This document shows positions 58,038-64,000 of a DNA stretch of 64,000 nt, piece after piece. The translations under genes and the position numbers were made by a program. Within the stretch, counting starts at the first letter, position 1. The number at the start of each line of letters is the position of its first letter. The DNA comes from Halarcobacter sp. (GTDB lineage: Bacteria; Campylobacterota; Campylobacteria; Campylobacterales; Arcobacteraceae): contig OY781089.1 of the NCBI GenBank assembly GCA_963676565.1, positions 2,208,001 to 2,272,000 on the forward strand, in the 5' to 3' direction. Under the pieces are notes generated by a model. It saw only the letters and a list, made by a program, of their open reading frames with translations, searched no databases and was not told the DNA's origin.

Positions 58038-59355
58038 CTAACAACTTTGTTGTATCAATTTTCTTTTTTGCTTTTACACCAAGTTCTATGAACTCTTCAC
58101 TTCGCCTAAGAAGATTACCTTTACCTAAACTTAGTTTTTTCATAGCTTCATCGTAAGATTTTTGTGTTCTAGTAATATTTACGCCTATAGTTTCAATATC
58201 ATTTACAAAACTTGCAAACTTGTCGTATAAATCTGCAGCTTTTTTTGAAATTATTAATGCATTTTCATTTTGATGTTCATATCTCCAAATATTTTCAACT
58301 GTTCTAAGTGTTGCAAAAAGTGTTGAGGGAGAAACCAACATAATATTGTTTTCAAAGGCTGTTTTAAAAAGATTATTATCTTTTGATGCTGCAAGCATAA
58401 AAGCACCTTCAATTGGAATAAACATAAGAACAAAGTCTAATGTATTAACAGCATCAATATTTTCATAACTTTTTACACTAAGACCTTTAATATGAGCATA
58501 AATAGATTTTACTAACTCTTTTGTAGCTAATTCTCTTTCAACTTCATCATTAGATTCAGTAAATTTTAAATAGGCATTTAAACTAACCTTTGAATCTATA
58601 ACTATATCTTTATTAGCTGGTAAATGAACAATAACATCAGGTCTTAATCTTTTCCCTTCATTATCAGTAAAAGAGCCTTGCGTAGTGTATTCAATACCTT
58701 CTCTAAGACCTGTTTGTTCAAGTATTTTAGAAAGAATCAACTCTCCCCAATCGCCTTGTGTTTTATTTTCACCTTTTAAAGCTTTTGTTAAATTAATAGC
58801 ATCTTGTGAAATTTGATTGTTTAAATCTTTTAAGTTCTTTATTTCTGTTAAAAGTGAAGTTCTTTGTTTTGTTTCTTCACTATATATATCATTTACTCTT
58901 TTTCCAAACATATTTAACTGCTCTTTAAAAGGTGTTAACATTTGATTTAAATTAGTATTTGATTTTTTAGTATTCTCTTCAAAAAGTTTGTTTGCTAAGT
59001 TTTCAAATTCTTGTTTTAAACTCTCTTTAGAGTTTTCTAAAAGTTCAATTTTTTCTTTTAGATTTTCTTCTTTTATCGCAAATTCATTTTTTAACTGTTC
59101 TTGCTGAATATGTGCTTTACTTCTTTCAAACTCTAAATTATCTAAAAATTTAGATTCAAGTAGTTCTGCTTTTTCAATATTTGAATCTTTTTGAAATATT
59201 AAGTCATTTTCTAATTTTAAAATTGAATTTTCACTAAAAATAAGTTTTTCTTCTAAAAGATTGATTTTTTGTCTTAGAATCAACCAAATTATTAAACCAC
59301 CAAGAATCAGCCCTAGAAGAGCTGAAACGATAGCTAATACATTAATATTATCCAT
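58030..59355 (-). CDS. rmuC: DNA recombination protein RmuC
   Basis: N-terminal TM and coiled coil; QGDWGE, RPDVIVHLP, IDSKVSL, DFVLMFIPIE. Confidence 0.96.
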   Translation of the reverse strand: MDNINVLAIVSALLGLILGGLIIWLILRQKINLLEEKLIFSENSILKLENDLIFQKDSNIEKAELLESKFLDNLEFERSKAHIQQEQLKNEFAIKEENLKEKIELLENSKESLKQEFENLANKLFEENTKKSNTNLNQMLTPFKEQLNMFGKRVNDIYSEETKQRTSLLTEIKNLKDLNNQISQDAINLTKALKGENKTQGDWGELILSKILEQTGLREGIEYTTQGSFTDNEGKRLRPDVIVHLPANKDIVIDSKVSLNAYLKFTESNDEVERELATKELVKSIYAHIKGLSVKSYENIDAVNTLDFVLMFIPIEGAFMLAASKDNNLFKTAFENNIMLVSPSTLFATLRTVENIWRYEHQNENALIISKKAADLYDKFASFVNDIETIGVNITRTQKSYDEAMKKLSLGKGNLLRRSEEFIELGVKAKKKIDTTKLLDE

Positions 59356-60607
59356 GAGTTTTTAAATTAAATATACTGTCTTTCAAAGCTTCGTCATCGT
59401 TGTTTTGATGTACATCATAACCTAATTCTTTAAATCTTTCCACTAATGGTGGATGAGAGTAATAAAAGAATATATAAAGAGGGTGAGAAAGTGGAAATGA
59501 TTTATTTTCATTTGCAAGTTTCAAAAGAGCACTGATTAAATCTTCTTTTGATTGCATATTTGATCCAAATTCATCTGCTGCATATTCGTTGTGTCTACTA
59601 ATAAGTGAGATTAAAGGCATTAAGAAAAATGATAAAATAGGAGAAAAAATTAAAAATACTATAATTATTGCATATGCTTCATTTTGAAGTTTTAATCCTA
59701 AGAATATCTCTTCACTTATGTTTCCAAAAATCGCAAAAAATACAAACATCACAAAACCCATAATTCCAATATTTTTAACAATATCACCATTTTTAAAGTG
59801 ACCTAGTTCGTGACCTAAAACAGCAAGTAATTCATTATGAGAAAGTTTTTCAATTAAAGTATCAAATAAAACTACTCTTTTTGTACTTCCTAGTCCACCA
59901 AAATAAGCATTTAATCTATTGTCTCTTTTACTTGCATCAACAGAAAATACTCCAGAACTTTTAAATCCAACACCATCCAAAAGATTTTCGATTTTTGTTT
60001 CTAATTCTTTATCTTTTAAAGGTTCAAACTTATCAAACATTTTATCTCTAATAACTGGATATAACATATTTATTGCAATAATTACTGCAAAGATAAAAAC
60101 GAATCCCCAAATCCACCATGAACTTAAACTATTAATAATCCATGAGATAACTGCAATAACAGCAGACCCAAATACTAAAAACAAAACTCCTGTTTTTACT
60201 GTATCTTTAATAAATAAAGCTGGCGTCATATTAGAAAAACCATATTTCTTATCAAGTTTAAAAGTTGAATATAAATCAAATGGAAGTCCTAAAATCCAGT
60301 TGATTATAATAAATAAATTTACAAATACAACTGCTTTTAAAATAGTTGATTCAAAGGTAACTAAAGAATCTAATATATTTAGACCTGACCCAATCCAAAA
60401 TATGAAAATCAGAAAACTATAAAAAGATGAAACTATTGCAATCTTTTCTTTTTCAATTGTGTAATTTGCAGCCACTTCATATTTTTCATTATCTAATATA
60501 ATTGGTTGAAGTTTTTTTGCGTTTTTAACAAATCCTATTTGCATAAATGATGTGTATATTGTTAGAAAAAAATATAGGCAATAACCCAAAACAAATATTT
60601 CTAGCAC
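59348..60607 (-). CDS. M48 family (Ste24/CAAX-like) membrane metallopeptidase
   Basis: NAYFGG, RVVLFDTL, HELGH, EYAAD, YSHPPL.ER. Confidence 0.95.
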   Translation of the reverse strand: MLEIFVLGYCLYFFLTIYTSFMQIGFVKNAKKLQPIILDNEKYEVAANYTIEKEKIAIVSSFYSFLIFIFWIGSGLNILDSLVTFESTILKAVVFVNLFIIINWILGLPFDLYSTFKLDKKYGFSNMTPALFIKDTVKTGVLFLVFGSAVIAVISWIINSLSSWWIWGFVFIFAVIIAINMLYPVIRDKMFDKFEPLKDKELETKIENLLDGVGFKSSGVFSVDASKRDNRLNAYFGGLGSTKRVVLFDTLIEKLSHNELLAVLGHELGHFKNGDIVKNIGIMGFVMFVFFAIFGNISEEIFLGLKLQNEAYAIIIVFLIFSPILSFFLMPLISLISRHNEYAADEFGSNMQSKEDLISALLKLANENKSFPLSHPLYIFFYYSHPPLVERFKELGYDVHQNNDDEALKDSIFNLKTHG

Positions 60608-60677
60608 AGAATAATCCTTTAACTATTATTTTTGGGTATTTTATCGTATTAAACTTGTTGTAAATTAAATTGTATAA

Positions 60678-61688
60678 TTAGTTCTCTTTTTCAGAACTAT
60701 CTTTAAATAAAACAACTTTATTTCTACCACTTCTTTTTGCTTCATAAAGTGCTAAATCTGCTCTATGTAATATCGCTTCTAAATCTATATCATCAGGGCT
60801 TAGTATTGCAACTCCTATACTTACAGTAAATCTAATTTTTTCATTTTTTTGTGTAAGATATTCAGAGTTTTCAATCTCAAATCTAATATTCTCTGCTGCT
60901 TTTAAGGCACCTCTTTCTGAAGTGTTAGGTAATACAGCTGCAAACTCTTCTCCACCTAATCTTCCAAAAATATCAGATTTTCTTAAAGTATTTTCTGTTT
61001 TTGAAGACATAAGTTTGATAACTTCATCACCAATTGAGTGGCCATAAATGTCATTTATCATTTTAAACTTATCAATATCAATCATTAAAACTGCTAATTT
61101 TTTACCTTCTCTTCTTGTGTATTTAATCATAGGAGCTGATGATTCATAAAAAGCTCTTCTATTATTTACACCACATAATGAATCAGTAGTAGCTAAAATT
61201 TCAAGTTTTACATTTATATCATTAAGTTCTCTAGTTCTTTTTTCAACTGCACTTTCTAAAACTTTTTGATAATCTTTAAGTCTTCTATCTTGGGCGTTTT
61301 GTTTAATTGCTTCTAAAATTATAAGTTCAAAATCGATTCTTTCAAATCTTCTTGGAATCATTTGATAAATTGTAGCTTCATTTATAATTCTTTCTAAAGA
61401 AGAAACATTACAAACTTCTTTAAAAAGTATATTTTTTGTATTAGGAGAGTTTTTATGTAATTCAATAATAAAATCGTCTAAAGACATATCGGATCTATTA
61501 TTTCCAATTATTGAAATCAATATTTCATTACCTGCAATGATATAATTGTAACAGCTAATTAATGCTTGTTCTGCATTTACATAACTTTCAATTATATAAT
61601 CACTATCAACAATTCTTGAAATTTTGTTATATAAAGAATCTAAAATCTCAACATCACTTTCAATACATGCTATTACAAATTTACCCAT
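60678..61688 (-). CDS. Diguanylate cyclase with degenerate receiver domain
   Basis: GRLGGEEF with RKSD I-site; N-terminal REC-like domain without the canonical Asp residues. Confidence 0.9.
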   Translation of the reverse strand: MGKFVIACIESDVEILDSLYNKISRIVDSDYIIESYVNAEQALISCYNYIIAGNEILISIIGNNRSDMSLDDFIIELHKNSPNTKNILFKEVCNVSSLERIINEATIYQMIPRRFERIDFELIILEAIKQNAQDRRLKDYQKVLESAVEKRTRELNDINVKLEILATTDSLCGVNNRRAFYESSAPMIKYTRREGKKLAVLMIDIDKFKMINDIYGHSIGDEVIKLMSSKTENTLRKSDIFGRLGGEEFAAVLPNTSERGALKAAENIRFEIENSEYLTQKNEKIRFTVSIGVAILSPDDIDLEAILHRADLALYEAKRSGRNKVVLFKDSSEKEN

Positions 61689-61851
61689 TTAAAAATTTTC
61701 CTAATTAAAGTTTAAGGATTTTAGCTTTTTTCATATTAAAACTTAAGTAAACAATTATTAATAAATATATAATAAAGTTATCTTTTTATTATAAAATATA
61801 CTTATTCTAAATAAATGTTGATAAATTCGCTTGTGATAATAAAATGTTTTA

Positions 61852-62220
61852 TTATATTAAATTAAAAATTTCTGAAATTTCTTTAGGTATTTTTGTAGGC
61901 TTGTAATCTTTTAGATATGCAAGTTTAATTTTTGCAGTAAAAAGTAACTCATCTTCTCTAAATATTTCATGCATAACCTCTAATGATGCAGCTTTTTTTG
62001 ATAAAAGTTTAGTTGTTACTTCTAATTCATCTGCAAATGTTGCTGATTTGATATAATCTGCTTCAACTTTTTTTACCACAAAGAATTCATTATCATTATG
62101 AGGAGATAAACCTTTTTCAAAAAATATTTCACTTCTTGCTCTTTCACAAAACTTCAAATAATTTGCATAATATACAACACCGCCAATATCTGTATCTTCA
62201 TAATAGACTCTAATTTTCAT
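61852..62220 (-). CDS. ybgC: YbgC/FadM family acyl-CoA thioesterase
   Basis: RVYYEDTD.GGVVYYANYLKF.ERAR. Confidence 0.92.
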   Translation of the reverse strand: MKIRVYYEDTDIGGVVYYANYLKFCERARSEIFFEKGLSPHNDNEFFVVKKVEADYIKSATFADELEVTTKLLSKKAASLEVMHEIFREDELLFTAKIKLAYLKDYKPTKIPKEISEIFNLI

Positions 62221-62248
62221 TTCTTTTACTTTAAATTAATTTTCTAAT

Positions 62249-62281
62249 AAGTAAGTATAGGGAAAACCCCTATACTTACTT
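62249..62281 (-). terminator. Hairpin after the aldo/keto reductase gene
   Basis: 14-bp perfect inverted repeat AAGTAAGTATAGGG/CCCTATACTTACTT. Confidence 0.7.
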
Positions 62282-63299
62282 ATCCCATAGGATATAAAAT
62301 CTCTTTTTGTACCTCTTCAATTTTTGCCATTAACTCATTATCAATTTCAAAATCTAAAGCAGCTAAAGATTCATCAAGTTGAGATAATTTTCTAGCACCT
62401 ATTATTGTTGAAGCTACAAAATCAAAGTGTTTAGAATATGCAACAGCCAAAGTTACAGGTGAAATTCCATATTCCTTTGCAAGTTCCATATATCTTTTTG
62501 TTGTTTCTAAAGATTTCTCATTTACAAATCTATTTGCCATAGCTTGAACTCTTGGATTTTTATTAGCCATATAAATACCAAATCTAGAATCAGGTGGATA
62601 AAGTCCTCCATTGTATTTACCAGATAAGACCCCTCCTCCTATTGGAGAATAAGGAAGTAACGAAATATTTTCTCTTCTACATACATTTGCTAGTTCATCT
62701 AAAAACCTTGGATTATTTAATGAGAAATTATTTTGAATAGACTCAAACCTAGCTAATTTTTCATATTTAGATATCTCATTTGCTTTTGTAAGTCCATAGG
62801 CAGTATCATTTGAAGTTCCTAAATACCTAACTTTACCCTCTTTAACTAAGTCATCAAAGGCTCTCATACTCTCTTCAACTGGAACAACAGTATCAGGCCA
62901 ATGCATTTGATAAAGGTCTATATAATCTGTGTCTAACCTTTTTAAACTCTCTTCAACAGCTTTTTTAATATGGAAAGAATCAATTGCAGTAAGTCCATGT
63001 CTAATTGGTGGTACAAACCATCCTGATGCAGCTCCTGCTACTTTTGTTGCTAAGATTACAGAATCTCTAGGTTTTGTTTTAAGCCATTCACCAACTATTT
63101 TTTCAGTATCTCCAGCTAAGTCAGCCCTTGGAGGAACAGGATAAAGTTCCGCAGTATCATAAAAATTTATACCTCTATCATAAGCTTTATCCATAATTTC
63201 AAAAGCTTCTTTCTTATCTGTAGTTGATCCAAAAGTCATAGTTCCTAAACATATAGGAGTTACTCTAAGCCCACTTTTTCCAATATAATTATATTTCAA
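62280..63299 (-). CDS. Aldo/keto reductase (Tas-like)
   Basis: LGTMTFG, DTAELYP, SLKRL.TDYIDLYQ.HWP, YSPIGGG.LSGKY; TTG start. Confidence 0.94.
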   Translation of the reverse strand: MKYNYIGKSGLRVTPICLGTMTFGSTTDKKEAFEIMDKAYDRGINFYDTAELYPVPPRADLAGDTEKIVGEWLKTKPRDSVILATKVAGAASGWFVPPIRHGLTAIDSFHIKKAVEESLKRLDTDYIDLYQMHWPDTVVPVEESMRAFDDLVKEGKVRYLGTSNDTAYGLTKANEISKYEKLARFESIQNNFSLNNPRFLDELANVCRRENISLLPYSPIGGGVLSGKYNGGLYPPDSRFGIYMANKNPRVQAMANRFVNEKSLETTKRYMELAKEYGISPVTLAVAYSKHFDFVASTIIGARKLSQLDESLAALDFEIDNELMAKIEEVQKEILYPMG

Positions 63300-63374
63300 T
63301 TTAACTCCTTTTAAATATAAATTAAAGGGAAAATTATATCTGTTTGTATTTTAATAAAAGATATGTATTTAGAT

Positions 63375-64000
63375 TTATTCTAAAATACATATCTCTTTTT
63401 TAAACATATGAACTACTGTCTCTTTTGCAACTAAAAAAACAATAATTATAGTAACAGTTGCTAAGAAATAAGACATCATTGCATATATCCAATTATGAGT
63501 AAGTTCAAACATTAAAACTGTAGCTAAAGAGATAGCTGCCATAGGAAAGGTAAATGCCCACCAAGAGATAAAAAATTTGATTTTGATATAGTTTTTATAC
63601 ATAACAAAAACCAAAATAGTAAAGAACAAGCCTAAGCTATAAAGTATATGTGCAAAAAAGTCTAAATTCCCCTCAAGTTTTATATATGAGATAAAACCAA
63701 TAGCAGGTGGAGCAATCAAAATAAATAGTGTTGGCATAAATTTTGGTGCGAATTGTTTATGAAAAATGATTCTATTTAAAATAATTGCAAATAAAATAAT
63801 CCAAAAGAAAATTCCAATTGAAAAGAAAAAATATAAAATTGAATCCCCTACAAAGCCTTTTCCAACAATAGGAACAATAATATTACCAACAATAGGTATA
63901 AACCAAGCAGGGTTTGAGTGTTGCATCTCAAGGTTATTATTAATCCAATATTTAATTGTATAAAATGTTAAAAATAGGTGTAAAGATGCACCTAAAATAA
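63375..64000 (-). CDS. SLAC1/TehA (TDT family) anion channel, C-terminal part (start lies beyond the window)
   Basis: NPAWFIP.VGN, PTLFILIAPPA, WWAFTFP; frame stays open from 63926 to the window edge. Confidence 0.9.
   Translation of the reverse strand, partial: ILGASLHLFLTFYTIKYWINNNLEMQHSNPAWFIPIVGNIIVPIVGKGFVGDSILYFFFSIGIFFWIILFAIILNRIIFHKQFAPKFMPTLFILIAPPAIGFISYIKLEGNLDFFAHILYSLGLFFTILVFVMYKNYIKIKFFISWWAFTFPMAAISLATVLMFELTHNWIYAMMSYFLATVTIIIVFLVAKETVVHMFKKEICILE

Noticed and set aside
3495..61750. Recurrent TTAAGTTT / AAACTTAA words in many intergenic regions
   Set aside because: Resemble the general Campylobacterota sigma-70 upstream element rather than a specific regulon
1514..63963. 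Many short ORFs in the track nested in or antisense to long genes (e.g. 4001-4381, 17908-18408, 21846-22256, 46312-46569, 59919-60422)
   Set aside because: Shadow frames of well-supported genes, with no recognisable motifs or RBS
1..64000. CRISPR arrays, tRNA/rRNA, transposases, integrases, prophage
   Set aside because: No repeat-spacer periodicity, no such protein motifs, and intergenic gaps are short and otherwise explained

Overview
AT-rich chromosomal segment whose gene content and order point to an Arcobacteraceae (Campylobacterota) genome; this taxonomy is inferred. No tRNA, rRNA, CRISPR, IS or prophage was seen. Contents: a cheY-cheA-cheR-cheD chemotaxis operon; the purD-RDD-lptD-PRTase-pnp block preceded by a probable 6S RNA; hpf-der-SulP-hemD; ilvIH-lpxD-ftsK; orphan flagellin-like and rod-like genes; ttcA next to a TudS/DUF523 gene; putA; a LIV-type ABC transporter; and a complete soxCDXYZA...B sulfur-oxidation operon with many accessory genes, divergent from moeA. 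The best candidate for an undescribed system is a stand-alone ribbon-helix-helix gene plus a partner resembling an inactive PD-(D/E)xK nuclease, divergent from putA. A shared GTACTAC-N5-GTARTA operator-like motif lies upstream of putA and the liv operon, with tandem half-sites upstream of the RHH gene, suggesting a proline regulon. Other leads are a hairpin sRNA candidate with a C/U-rich anti-Shine-Dalgarno loop downstream of putA, a possible divergent SoxK, a probable ATA start codon for ftsK, and several catalytically degenerate proteins. All family calls come from motif recognition by eye; no searches were run.
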